DNA of 64,000 bases from the human T2T-CHM13v2.0 reference genome, Homo sapiens, in the NCBI RefSeq assembly GCF_009914755.1, contig NC_060930.1, one strand, 5' to 3'. How positions within the stretch are numbered: position 1 is the first letter of the stretch; each line of letters begins with the position of its first letter. The notes beneath the pieces are model-generated. The model was not told the DNA's origin. It saw only the letters and a program-made list of their open reading frames with translations, and did not search any database. This document shows positions 32,469 through 48,355 of this stretch, piece by piece. The position numbers were made by a program, and so were the translations under genes.

Positions 32469-32780
32469 TACTATAGTCACCCTAGTGTGCAACAGAACAT
32501 GAGAATTTATTCCTCTTATCTAATTGTAACTTTGTAGCTGTTGAACAACCTCTCTTTATCTTCCATTCTCCTTTCCCCTCCCCAATCTCTGATAACCACT
32601 CTTTTATTCTTTGCTTAACAGTAAAGTATGGTATATCCTCACTGCAAAGAAATTGTAAATGCATCAGCTGATGGGTATGTTAACTCTCCTTATTTGATTA
32701 TTATACAACAAATATATGTATTGAAACATCAAATTATATCCCTTAAATATATACAATTACAATGTGTCAACTAAACCAAA
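32469..32780. mobile_element. Short 5'-inverted (twin-primed) L1MA 3' end: 32469-32615 antisense, 32615-32780 sense
   Basis: Both parts match adjacent segments of the L1MA 3'UTR in opposite orientation. The sense part ends aaatatatacaattacaatgtgtcaactaaa. Confidence 0.75.
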
Positions 32781-34137
32781 ACCAGGTAATGGGGGGATGT
32801 TTAAACTGAAGACAAAATACATGCCTAGATAATGCCTAGCTCTTTCTTCTTTACATCCTCTGTCTTTTCCTGTATCTTTCTTTCTATCCTAGTCTTTTGA
32901 TAGGCATACTTTTCTACTCTACTGACAGTGGAAGTCAGGATACTTCAAGTTAGCTTAGGGGAAAAATCAGTCTCTGAATTTCATGATCCCAGACTCACAA
33001 ACTTTGCATACCTTTTCAAGATAACCATGTTGTCTCATGTGAGAATAAGATAATAAGTCAGGCATGTTCCCAGAAATAAAACTCATTTCTGAATCATATT
33101 ATAGGATGACCTAACACTATATTTTCTTAGAATTCTGCATTTTTTACATTGGTTCTTATTTCTGGAATGATCTTACTGCATTTGTCTTCCTATTTAATTT
33201 CTACTCAACCTTGAAGTTTTCAAATGTGTCATCTCAATTTCATGTGGAAACTTTTGTTGGGTATACTAATCCTGTGTATTATATATTATATAACCCCAAA
33301 TTGTGCTAAGTACTAGAATTAAAAAATAAGATGTAATCTTTGTGTCCCAAAAATTTACCGTATTTGTTAGTATGGATAACAAAGAATCTTAATACAAGGA
33401 ACATGGACAGAATCACAGATATGCATTAGATTTTATAAGAGCCAAATGGCTGCCACTCAGACTTTGTAGGGGGAACTAAATATGGTCAAAAAAAATCTAA
33501 AATAAAGTGACTTAAAATGGCGATACAATTCTAAGAAAACATGTGAGGAGTAGGGGCAATCAAGGAAATTGCAAATGCAAGCACAAGATGAAAACACATG
33601 TGCAGGGTAGGGGTATGAAGATTGAGGGTATGTTATGGAACCTCAGGCATGTTATTTTTTCTGTATATAAACGTGAGGGTTAATGCAAAGGATTGACAGA
33701 AGCTGGAAGTGGAAGTAAGCATAGTCCAGTTTTTCAAGGACATGGCATGTCAGGTTAGCTTGGAATTTATCATGTAGGGAATGAGAATTTTTTTCAGTCT
33801 TCCATTTTCCTTCCTATTCCATCAAGTTGATATCCAAACCTTTCTGATATCTTTTCTAAAATGTCACATGTGTAACACTGTTAGAACACTAATTTTTGTG
33901 CTCATTTCTCCCTACCATGTGTGGATGTTTTGTCTGAATCATTTCACTTTATTTGTATAACACAGTGCCTACATATAACAGAACTTTAAGAAATTTTTTA
34001 GTTTACCTTTCTTAGTGTATTAATAAGTGTACTTCTATAGAACTACATTTTAATGCTTAATATCTGCTTGCCGCATTACCAGATTGTTAGGCTGAGACAA
34101 GACTTGTGATTTGTAATAACAGAATTCTTTGTTCAAT

Positions 34138-34140
<3 letters not shown>

Positions 34141-34176
<36 letters not shown>

Positions 34177-34180
34177 CACA
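34141..34180. repeat. (TA)n(CA)n microsatellite
   Basis: Directly visible. Confidence 0.95.
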
Positions 34181-35039
34181 TACATTCACACATGTATTCC
34201 TCAACAAATGTATAGCATGAATTAAAGAAAAATGGTGCAGATAACCAACTCTGCTTTTTTAGAAGTTTTATTACATCAAGAGAAAAGCTTCATTTCCAAT
34301 ATTTTATATACTTATGGCGTAATTAGCTATATTTTTTCTGACTTGGAATAAAAGATAAAATTATGCAATAGCACCTTGATATCAGCTTTATTAACATTTT
34401 TATATACACTTTAAAGATCTTCCTCATACTCTAAAGGAATTAAAGTAAAAATAAATCACCATTATCACTTGCTTGAGTAATTTTGATATCATTTAATAGC
34501 CCATCTGCATAGATTTATGTTACAGAATCTATTGACCTAATATAGACATTAGGTTAACCTTCAGGTAGACTTGATAGAAAGAGCCATTAAGCATGCATGG
34601 ATGGTTAAAACAGGTATACAAGCAAAGTTTATAAACCAGCACGAATGAGAAGAACCCAACCTATTAAACCGATCTCTTTCACCATCCCATCCAGCTAGCA
34701 AATACTTAATAAATTATAATCTGTGTTTTAAAATACTTTACTCAATAATTTTGCAGTACATTGCACAGGCAATAGCCATGTCAGACTATCTAAAGACTCC
34801 TGGAAAGTGTTAATTGACAGGAATCTATGCAGTTGGGAGTCTAGTCTTGAATACTGCATGGACTAGTTCTTGACCTAGCACTATATAGCCTAGAACAAAG
34901 TAAAATATCAAATTATCTTAAAACCTATTAAGTTTGGGAAGGACTTGACGGTAGAGTTTAACGTACCAAAAAAAAAAAAACCACTGTAAAGTTATATTCT
35001 GCTTTAATCTACTTTGTATAAAACTCACAAACAATAGTT

Positions 35040-35795
35040 TAGTGGGAAAAGAAATTGCATTTTAGGCAAAGACAGTCTTTGGTTTGAATCCCTGTTCTGT
35101 GGTTTATTATTTGGATAATGTTAGGTATATAATTTAACATCCTTATATCTTTTCTTCAAGTTTAGTTAGTAATTTTTATCTTGAAGTATTGTTGTAAGAG
35201 TTTAAAATAGTAAATAAAAGGTAAGAGAGAGGCAAAAATAGGTGCAGTGCCAAGAATATGCATGTGACCAATGATAGATTTGTAATTATATACGAACTTA
35301 GTGCCTTGGCTAACTTGGGTAGGATTTATTTTTTGAGTAGGAACCGTTAGCAGCATGTAACATATATAGAGTTCCTAGTTCTCACCGCAGCTCTGTTTCC
35401 AACTAACTGAGATTCCTTGAGAAAGTCATTTACTTTCTTTATAACTTTGGTTTCTATGCTGGAATACTGTAAGAAGAAAAATGAGAGAAAATATATAGTT
35501 TGCTCAAAATGATTTACTAGGTTTTTGTTGTTTAACTGCTCAATAATAACAATAGAACACACTTACTTGGCACTTAGGTGTTAGGCACTGTTCTAAGTAT
35601 TTTATATGTGATTGATGAATTTAATCCTCAAAAAGCTTATATGAGGAAAGTACTGTGAATATCCACATATTAGATTTGTAGAAACAATTTACATGAAGCT
35701 AAGTAAATGTCCATTGTCACAAAGTTAGTGCTGGAACCAGCATTCCAATTCAAACTCCAAGGTCCATGTCTTAACCAATACACTGCACTGCCTTT
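35040..35795. mobile_element. Cluster of three MIR fragments (+, +, -)
   Basis: ggtttgaatccctgttctg (~35080); gagttcctagttctcaccgcagctct...ttccttgagaaagtcatttac (~35370-35430); aggcactgttctaagtattttatatg...tttaatcctca (~35580-35630). Confidence 0.7.
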
Positions 35796-36629
35796 TAAGT
35801 GTGCTTTGTTTCCGTAATGAATTTTAAGTCTTAGTATACTTTTTAGTATAAATTCCCAAACTGAGGATTATAATTCCTGTCAATAAATTTGTGTTTAAAA
35901 TTTTTTACTTACATTACATTTTAAGAGTCATACTAGGGTAATTTCAATACTGATATTATTCATACTATTTTTCAAAATATGAAATGAACAATGTCAGATT
36001 AAATTTTGAAATGAATGTATAATTTAAGAATTATATATACACTTTTAAATCTGATTTCCAGTACACTTTAAATTTGTAAAGTTATAAAATTACAGATTCT
36101 TAACAATGAACACAAAGTCATTTATAGGATTGGCAAAGGTTTCATTTACAGAACAGATATTATTCTACATTTGCAAAATGATTTTTTTCATACAACACTT
36201 AGACATCTAACTCTAGTGCTTGTCTTCTGCCTGAAAGTAAATAGTTTAATTACTGATAAACCATAAAACAATGGAGTCTTATTTTGGCAATTTTACTCAT
36301 AAAAATTCTGTATCATCTCAGTGAATGACATTGCAACTTACATCTTATATGAGAATCAAATAAAATGTATCAGTAAATTAAAAGATAAAAATATATGTTT
36401 TAAAAACACCAAATCTAATGAATGATAATGAAAGTAGGTTATGGTAGAATTGTAATAAACCACCATTTTTAAGTACATATTATCCTTTATATTCTTTAAT
36501 TTTTGCTTCTTCTCCTATAAATATCCACATGGATGAAACAAAAGAGACTAAATACAATTAACCCAGAAAAGAACATGTGACCTAACAGGACCAATTGTCC
36601 TTATCTCCTCAGCAATGTTTATTTTTGTA

Positions 36630-36988
36630 ATTTTTTTTGCAATTTTTTTTATTTCCATAGGTTATTGGGGAACAGGTGGTATTCAGTTACATAAGTAAGT
36701 TCTTTAGTGGGGATTTGTGAGATTTTGGTGCACCCATCACCACAGCAGTATCCACTGCATTCGATTTGTAGTCTTTTATCCCTCACCCCCTTCCCACCCT
36801 TTCCCAAGTCCCCAAAGTTCATTGTGTCATTCTTATGCCTTTGCATCCTCATAGCTTAGCTCTCACTTATGAGTGAAAGCATACAATGTTTGGTTTTTCA
36901 TTCCTGAGTTACTTCACTTAGAAAAATAGTCTCCAATCTGATCTAAGTTGCTCCAAATGCCATTAATTCATTCCTTTTTTTATGGTTG
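36630..36988 (-). mobile_element. L1PB1-like 3' end fragment
   Basis: ggggaacaggtggtatt..gttacat.agtaagttctttagtgg.gattt.tgagattttggtgcacccatcacc is characteristic of the L1PB1 3'UTR. Confidence 0.85.
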
Positions 36989-37539
36989 TTTTTACTGTCC
37001 AGTATCTTCGTCAGTACTTAATATCAAGCATCCATGTTTTACTAATCCGGTGTGTATAAAATGGCATATCATTGTGTTTTAATTTGTGACTCCCTGGTTG
37101 CTAAACATCTATTCATATGTATATAAATTATTTGTATTTTCTATTCTGTTAGAATTTTTGGAAATATTTCCAGTTAGAAACATTTCTTGGTTTCAAGTGT
37201 TTCAAATATTGTTTCTTGATCTTTTCTTAATGTAAATAACTATCAATGTGGAGATACTTAGTTTATGTCATTCCTTGAGCTCTGCCTGTATTTTACTAAC
37301 ATATTTTTCACTTCTTTTACATGTTCAGATTACTCAAATGTAAGCTTGTTAGTAAACTGTCTTAAAAGGTGGTCAATAATTAGATCCAAAACTTTATTTA
37401 CACTTAAATCTTTATTTTGAAATCAGAGAGGACTACAGTCTTATGAAAGCTACCCCTAGGTCCGGATGTGTCCACACCATACCACACTGACAATTATCTC
37501 ATATATGTTAACTCAGTGTAAAATATTCATAATTGTCAC

Positions 37540-38190
37540 TTCAAATTTTATGAATTGAGAGGCTGGTAAGTTGGAAGTGTTGTTTATAGAAATGAGGAGT
37601 TTGTAGTAGAAACAGCTTTTCTATTTTGGTGCAGGAAATACCAGGTTTGCTTTGGATGTGTTAAATAAGCTATGTGTATTAAATATCCAAGAAGTCCATA
37701 TCACTCCCAGAGGAGATTTAATGAATTTGCTAGGAGTGTGTATGAGGAAGATAATATCATCGAAGTCTTAGCTCTTGGTCCTTTATTTCAGAATCCAACA
37801 AAGGAGAATGAGAATGAGTGGCCAGTAAGTAGGAAAGAATAAGCCAAATAAGATTTGAACTGAAGCTCAGCCACTGGATTTGTCAATGTAAGTGGTATCT
37901 GTATTCTTGACAAGACCTGCTTTGTGGAGGAGTATGTAGAAGGTAACATAGGGGTGGATTTAGTAGACAATAGGAATAATAAGTGGACAGAGAGAAATAG
38001 TATAGGCCTGTTTCTCAAGGAGATTTCTCTCAAGGATGGGGAACAAATGGGTCAGTAGCTAAACCAGAAGCTTGGTCAATGGCAAACACATTAAGATAGG
38101 AGCTATGTCAGTATGTTCCTTTGCTGAAAATGAATCAGGGGTGATCAATGACATAGGAGAGGGGAAAATTACTGAGGTGAAACCTGGAGA
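37540..38190 (-). mobile_element. L2 LINE fragment
   Basis: tttggatgtgttaa...atatccaag; ccactggatttgtcaatg...cttgacaagacctgctttgtggag. Confidence 0.65.
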
Positions 38191-38449
38191 GTCAGAATTA
38201 GTCTATTAGTCTATATTAATCTTATGAATATTTATGTAAGAACCTCAGCAGATCTTAGGAACACAGGAGTTGAATAGAAGGAAAAAAAATAAAATTTATT
38301 AACTTTCATTTTTGCCATATTTGTATATTTCCAAATAAATTTTGTTGATGCTAAACAAAGTGCCATATATACAAGCCACCAAACTGAAAAATGTTTTAAA
38401 AACTAACTTTTTAATAATTTTAAGTTATTACATGTATTCTACTGGGATG

Positions 38450-38720
38450 ATATTTTAACCTCTAATTTATCCACAAGGGGGTAAACATTGATTCTTTTGG
38501 GGGAGTGGAAAAATGATAGATAATAATTTGTTGTTCCAAAATGACCACAGTACATAAATAGATATACAGCATCTCTGTGGTACTAAAATTTAATGAAATG
38601 TGTTAGTATTTAATAAAACCAAATCCTAAAAAGTCACCTAGCAGTGATAGTAATCAAAAAAATCTAAAAATTTCCTTTGGGTGGGGGCAGTAATGAAAGA
38701 AAAACAATTGAACGACAGTG
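38450..38720. mobile_element. MER112-like hAT fossil
   Basis: ccacagtacataaatagatatacagcatctctgtggtactaaaatttaatg. Confidence 0.65.
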
Positions 38721-40765
38721 ACATGTATTTTTTTTTATTCACAGATATACATGGTACAGCATATAAAATATGTACATTAGTACATTGATAAAGTCAAAGA
38801 ATAACATAAACCTTAGTTTAAATGGTCAAAACAACTAAATATGGATTACTCTTGGCCTCAATCACTTAAAAAACACAGATGGCTTTGAAATGTAGAACAT
38901 TTGCACCTGCTGGTGAAATGAAGTCTTCAATATATAGACTCAGTCTCTCAGCATCAGGGAATGCAAGACCACTATCTGAGAGGGTAGAGATTTGGTCAGA
39001 TTTTGAGTATATATAAGATGAACCCTAGGCATGTGCCTTTCTGGTCTTCTGTGGTCACTTAACTCTGGCCATACTACTGCAAGTAAACCTCATTTTTTTT
39101 TTTCAATATGCCCTGCTCCCAAAGATGGTTTGTAAGTCTGCTGCAGTCCAGTTTACTTTGCCATCTGCCTTCTGGAAGCTGGACCCAACACTATAAACTA
39201 TCCTTGTATCAACCCAATGGAATAAGATCCTGCTCTAAGCAAATTATTGATCTAGAAACAATGCAATACCAGCCACTTGAACTTTCATGTTACTTAGACC
39301 TAAAATGTCCTGCTCCCATGCTTCACTAACACACTTGATTCCCTTACATACTGGTCAAAGTTACATTAAATTATGCCTCTGACCCACTCAGATTTAAATT
39401 CTTACCGAAATCCCCATTTATACAATGATACTACAGAGCTCTCAGTACGCTTCAAATCCAGAGTATAATTAGCTGTGGCCGGACATAAACTTATGAGTAA
39501 TTAAATTTCAGGAGTGAAACTTTCAAATCTATTTCTTTAATCATGTTTGTACACTTTGAATATTAGGCCATTCATAAGCATTCATTACTTGAATCTGAAA
39601 AAAGTCCATGCAAACTCATACTTTCACATTTGTTTACAGATACTAACTTCTTGCTTGCAATTTCAACAACATTGCAATCATTTTCTCCAAATTTTGTTTT
39701 TATATGCTTTTACTAATTCTTATTTTAATATTCCCCCAAAAGAAGTTTTTCCTGAAATCAATCAGTTGTATTTGTTTTAACGAAATAAATATATGTATTT
39801 TTAGGCATCTCAAATTAGTCACCTTGGACTTGTTGAAAACAGTTATCACACATAAATAATTAAGAAACTGAATATAAAGTTTCATATAATAAAGCTCTCA
39901 GCATGGGAAATAGTATGAAAGTGTTTACATGTGAGAAAAAGATACCTCATTCTAATAAAGTAAAAATGTACAGAATAGATGGAAAAAAAGAATCAGATCA
40001 ATAGTGTAGATAAAGAGTACTTCCATAAGATTGATTATATTTTCTTAAAAATAAAACTTAAATAAAATATAATATATGAATTAAATTTTGAATACTATCA
40101 AAGTGTAGCAAGTATTGATTTGAAATATATAGTAATGTATTTAAACATTTAATAACTTGTCATTCGAGGTAAATTTGTTTTCAATCTCATTTTATATTTT
40201 AGCTCAGAAAAGACCTTTTCACTCAAACTCCAAAGGGGAAAGAAGTCCATGTTTCTAAATCTCAAATTTGCAGTAGTATTAAACCATGTAGAATATGAAA
40301 CATGAGAAATTTGTCTGAATGTATAACTTTTTCATACTATATTCAGTTGAAATGAAGTCCATGTTAGGAATAGAACATATTCTACTTGTAATGATGAATA
40401 ACTGGTGTTAACAGCAGCTACAGAGGCAGAGCCATTAGAGAGATGGATGAATGTACCAGTAAGTAGAGGCACACATATCTGCTAATGGGAAGGTCACAAA
40501 GCAAACATTAACAATCGAGAACATTAATACATTCTCCCACACCAATGCTTTCTCAAGACTGACTTTTGACAGGTACAATCTGGCTCCCATATGTCTCTGT
40601 CTACACCGCGGGGTCAGTTTTTGTTCAGAACACAAACATACTTGCAAATTTGCCTTCAAGATGATAGAAACAACAGAGACAAAGTGTTAAGATTTTTGTA
40701 TTTTGTATACAGTGGAACACGTCTCTTCTCTGAATAGATGAATGAGGAGACTGGTCTATGAAGTA

Positions 40766-43090
40766 CAATAATGCCATGTTTTATTGTGCTTTGCAGATAC
40801 TGTGTTTTTTACAAACTGAGGGTTTGTGGCAACCCTGTATCAAGCAGGTTTATTGGAATCATTTTTTTCCAGAAAGATGTGTTAACTTTGTGTCTCTGTG
40901 TAATATATTGGTATTTTTTGTTATTATGATGTCTATTATAGTGATCTGTGATCAGCAATCTTTGAGGTTACTAGTTTTATTTTATTGGTGACCCAAGAAC
41001 TGTGTCCATATGAGACAGCAAAGTAATAAATAAATGTGTTTGTCTGACTGCTCCACCGACCAGCCATTCCCCCATCTCTCTACCTCTCCTCAGGGTTCCC
41101 TGTTCCCTAAGACACAATAATATTGAACTGAGGCCAATTAGGAACCTTACAACAGACTCTAAGTGATCAAGTAAAAGGATGAATCATGTGTGTCTTGTTT
41201 TAAATAAAAAGCTAGAAATGTTTAAGCTTAGTGAGGAACGTATGGTGAACGCTATGACAGGTCAAAAGCCAGGCCTCTTTTGCCAAACAATGAAGTTGTG
41301 AATGTGAAGAAAAACATCTTGAAGGAAATATAAAGTGCTACTTCAGTGAACACATGTATGATAAGAAAGTGAATCTGCTTTATTGCTGATATGGAGAAAG
41401 TTTTAGTGTTCTGGTTAGAAGATCAAACAAGCCACATTCCCATAAACCAAAGACTAATCCAAAGCAAGGCCCTGACACTCATTCCAATTCTATGAAGGCT
41501 GAGAGAGGTAAGTAAGCCGAAGAATAAAAGTTGGAAGCTAGCAGAAATTGGTGCATAAGGCTTAAGGAAAGAAGCTGTCTCCATAACACAGAAGTACAAG
41601 GTGAAGAAGCAAGTGCTGATGGAAACGCTGCAGCAAGTTACCTGTAAGATCTAGCTAAGGTCACTGATAAAGGTTGCTACACTAAAAATTAATACTTTCC
41701 ATGTAGATGAAAAAGTCTTCTGTTGGAAGAGGATGCTGTCTAGGACTTTTAAAGCTAGAGAGGAGAAGTCAATGCCTGGCTTCAAAGCTTCAAAGTACAT
41801 GCTGACTGTCTTCTTAGGGGCTAATGCAGCTGGTGACTTTAAGCTGAAATACATTCTCATTTATGATCCAGAAAATTCTAGGGCCTTTAGGAATCATGAT
41901 AAATTCACTCTGCCTGTGCTCTAGAAACGGAAAGAAATGGAAAAATTCTCTAGAAATGGAAAGTAAAAAGTCTGTTTAAAGCATGATTTATTTTATATTT
42001 TAAGCCCAAATGTTGAGACCTACTGCTCAGAAAAAAAAAAATTCTTTTGAAATGTTATCGCTCATTGACAATGCACCTGGTCATTTGAAGATCTCTTATG
42101 GAGATGTGCAAGGCAATTAGAGCTGCTCACATGCATGATAACACAACCTCCATTCTGTAGCCTATGGATCAGGAAAAAATGTTTAACTTATAAGTCTTAT
42201 TATTTAAGAAATATATTTGGTAAAGCTACTAGCTTCCATAGATAGTGATCCTTCTGATGGATATGGGAAAAGTAAATTGAAAACTTTCTGGAAATGATTT
42301 GCTACTCTACATGCCATTAAGAACATTCCTTGTTTTTGGGAAGAGGTCAAGATATCAACATTAACAAGAATTTGGAAAACATATATTCCAACCCTCATGG
42401 GTGACTGAGTGGTCCAAGACTTAGTATAGGAAGTATCTGCCCATGTAGTGAAAATAGCTAAAGAACTATAATTAGATGTAGAGCCTGAAGATATGAGTGA
42501 TTTACTACAATCTTATGATAAAACTTGAATAGGCAAGGAGTTGCTTCCTATGCATGAGCAGATAAAGTGGTTTCTTGAAATGGAGTCAACTCCTGGTGAA
42601 GACGCTGTGAACATTGTTCAAATGACAACGAAACATACATAATATTACATAAACTTAGTTGATAAACCAGCAGCAAAATTTGAGAGGATCGACTCCAATT
42701 TTGAAAGAAGTTCTATGGGTAAAATGCTAACAAACAGCATCTCATGCTCCAAAGAAAACTTTCTCTTTTATGAAAGGAAGAGTCAATTGATACAGCAAAG
42801 TTAATTGTTGTCTTATTTTAGGAAATTGTTTACAGCCATCCTAACTTTCATCAACAGTTACCCTGATCATTCAGCAACCATCAACATCAAGGCAGGACTC
42901 TTCGCTAATGAAAAGAGTATGATGCACTGAAGATTCAAATGACCATTAGTATTTTTTAGCAATGTAGAATTTTTAACAGGTATGTACAATTTTTTAGACA
43001 TAATACTATTGCAGACTTAACAGACCACAGCATAGTATAAACATACTTTTTAATGTACAAAAAACTGAGATCTTAATGTACTAGGAAACT
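40766..43090 (+). mobile_element. Tigger1 (TcMar-Tigger DNA transposon), near full length (~2.3 kb), lacking its 3' terminus
   Basis: Begins after TA (40764-40765) with ca...ttttattgtgctttgcagatactgtgttttttacaaactgagggtttgtggcaaccctg. The transposase remnant SRTFKAREEKSMPGFKASK..LTVFLGANAAGDFKLK lies at 41733-41924. Confidence 0.92.
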
Positions 43091-43329
43091 GAGATCTACA
43101 CAATTTCAAAGCCAAGATTTTTTAATGTTCTTTATGCTTTTTATGCCAAGCTACACTGAAATACGATCTATGATATTTCAAGAAATGGCATTGGACAATA
43201 ACATATGTAATTACACACACACATGCACACATACACACACGCACTTTTGTTATACAACTATTCTAGTCCAATGTAATCTGTTTTAATCTTAGCTAAATTG
43301 CAAATTTCTGAATTTTCTTGATTTCATAT

Positions 43330-43613
<284 letters not shown>

Positions 43614-43887
43614 TATAAATTTTCATAATAAACTCTATTTGACTCTCTCTCCTTGTTATAGGCTATGTTTATATTTCCTACAGATCATATTTTCTTTTCG
43701 TTTTTGACTTTATATTCTTGAAGGTGATCAAAAGAAATTCTCAAATTATCATTCTCAATTATTTTCTTCCTTTCACCAGAACATTATACTGAACCACATT
43801 AACAATGTTATCAGTGCCTACTTCTTAAATTCTATACAATTTACTAATACTTCTGATATTATTTATATCATTGTGGAGCATATGAGA

Positions 43888-44342
43888 CATTAATTTCTTA
43901 TTGCTTTTGTAACACATTACCACAAACTTAATGGCTTAAAACAACGCAAATATATTATTTTAGATTTCTGCAGGTTAGAAGTCTGAAACATATTTCTAGA
44001 TGTTGATATGTCTGTATTCCTTCTGGATGATCTGGCCTGTTCTTTTATTCTTGTTCTTTTTTTGTTTTGTTTTGTCTTTCCCAGTATCTAGAGGCAACCT
44101 CCACTCATTGGCTCACAGCACCTTCCTCCATCTTCAAAATCACAGATGCATCTCTCTTAGTCCTATATCCATCTCCACATTTCAATTCTCTGACTGTCCT
44201 CCTTCCCTATATCATTATAAGGACTTTGTGCTTAGATTGAGTCCACCAAAATGGTCCAGGACAATCTCACCATCTCAAAATCCTTAATTCAATCGTGTCT
44301 ACAAAGTCCTTTTTGCCATGTAAGGCAACATATTCACTGGTC
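43888..44342 (-). mobile_element. MaLR LTR (MLT1C/D-like)
   Basis: attaccacaaacttaatggcttaaaacaac; ccaggacaatctcaccatctcaaaatccttaa; aaagtccttttgccatgtaagg. Confidence 0.85.
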
Positions 44343-44559
44343 CTTTTAATTTTATTCCATTTTATAATTGTGTTCTATTGAGTAGACTAATTTATTTCTC
44401 CATTTATATATATATTCTTCTTATTTTAACTTCACTTTAACTTGTTCAACTTTTGTAGCCACCATTAAACTTTGGAGGGCATTGTAGCTTGCATAAGACA
44501 ATCTGTCTATTAATGTTTAAAGTATGTTTGACATTTATTAATATATAATTTACAAGAAA

Positions 44560-45494
44560 AATATTAACAGTATGAATTACAGTTCTCACAGTTTGGTGGA
44601 GAGATTCTACATTAGAAAGTAATATAAATATTAAAGTACCAGAGAATATTTTATTTCATGATGTCAGAGACTGGAGGGAAGTTATCTAGCTATAACAATA
44701 ATCTGACACACTTATGAAAATTGTGACATGATTTGAACTCTGATAGGCAATAAAAAGTGGGACCCGGGAAATGATATTCGATGCAAAATAAATAGCATTT
44801 TCAGCAACATGGATGAATGAGAATATGGCATATTTAGAAAAACAGAAAATAATATATTTAACAAAAATATAACGTGAACCAAAGAGTGAAGAATCTCAAC
44901 TCTAGAAGTATAATAAAGAGCCAGATAACAAAGTATTATATAGTTTATATTAGGATCATGATAAAGAACTAAATTTAGAAATTGTAGATCAAGAGAAAAG
45001 GGGTTAAGAAGCTAAACTTAGCTAATTCTTGTTATTTGTTGGATGCTCTTTAGGATAATTTTATGATGGCTCTGATATTTTGGATTAGATGATGACATAA
45101 CTATTTAATATGGCATAGGATATAGCAAGATGAACTGATTAGAAGGTGAAAGGGAAACCAGGAATGTAAGTATCGAGTTCAGTTTGGTCATGTTGCTTTT
45201 GAGGTACTTGATATCCAGCTGGAAATGCCCAACAGACTGTTGTAGTTCAGAGCAGGCTCTTGTGGAATAAAGGCATCACTTTTGGAATATTCACTTTTGG
45301 AAGATTTCATCACATACGATGATAGTTGATAAGTTGGTAGTTTGTTAATGGCTTATTTTTAATTGTTATCCGTTATTCACTTATTTTTACACCATATGTA
45401 TGATTGATTCGGAAAATTTGAAGCATGCATGGGAAGAAGATAAAGACTGGAGGCCTAGAGAATAAAAACATTTATGATATGAACTAAGGAAGGA
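44560..45494 (-). mobile_element. Degenerate L2 LINE
   Basis: gagttcagtttggtcatgttgcttttgaggtac..atatccagctggaaatgcc. Confidence 0.6.
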
Positions 45495-47294
<1,800 letters not shown>

Positions 47295-48302
47295 TAACTA
47301 AAAGCAATTGCAACAAAAGCAAAATTGACAGATGGGATCTAATTAAACTGAAGAGCTTCTGCACAGCAAAAGAAACTATCATCAGAGCAGACAGACAACC
47401 AAAGAATGGAAGAAAATTTTTGCAATCTACCCATCTGACAAAGGTCTTAAGCAAGGAGCTTCAACAAATTTACAAGAAAAAAAAGTGAATAAAGGATATG
47501 AACAGAAACTTCTCAAAAAACGACATACATGCGGCCAAGAAGGATATGAGAAAAACTCAACATCACTGATCATTAAAGAAATAAAAATCAAAACCACAAC
47601 GAGATACCATCTCACACCAATCAGAATGGCAATTATTAAAAAGTTAAGAAACAACACATGCTGGCGAGGTTTCAGAGAAATCAGAACACTTTTACACTGT
47701 TGGTGGGAATGTAAATTAGTTAAGCCATTGTGGAAGACAGTGTAGTGCTTCCTCAAAGATTTAGAACCAGAAATACCATTTGACCTAGCAATCTCATTAC
47801 TGTATATATACCCAAAGGAATATAAATCATTCTGTTATAAAGATACATGCACACATATGTTCACTGCAGCTCTATTCACAATCATAAAGACATGGAATCA
47901 ACCCAAATGCCTGTCAATGATAGATTGGATAAAGAAAATATGGTACATATACACCACGGAATGCTATGCAGCCATAAAAAGGAAAAAGATCATGTTCTTT
48001 GCAGGGACATGGATGGAGCTGGAAGCCACCAACCTCAGCAAACTAACGCACGAACAGAAAACCAAACACCGCATGTTCTCACTTATAAGTGGGAGCTGAA
48101 CAACGAGAACACATGGACACAGGGAGGAGAACAACACACACTGGTGCCTGTTGGGGAAGGCTGGTGGTGGGAAGAGGATTAGGGAGAAGAGCTAATGCAT
48201 GCTGGGCTTAGTACCTTGGTGATGGACTGATAAGTGCAGCAATCCACCATGGCATATGCTTACCTATGTAAGAAACCTGCACATCCTGTACATGTAACCT
48301 GG

Positions 48303-48340
<38 letters not shown>

Positions 48341-48355
48341 TTAAAAAAAATAAAA
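47295..48355 (+). mobile_element. Older L1PA (about PA10-13) 3' fragment with a (CA)n/A tail
   Basis: Diverged ORF2 C-terminal ORFs 47485-48099; 3'UTR gctaatgcatgctgggcttagtacc..ggtgatgg; (CA)n at 48304-48338. Confidence 0.9.

Noticed and set aside
34661-34694. Possible 34-nt minus-strand exon encoding GWDGERDRFNR
   Set aside because: Poor polypyrimidine tract, weak donor (GTTGGG), peptide not recognised, and no partner exons.
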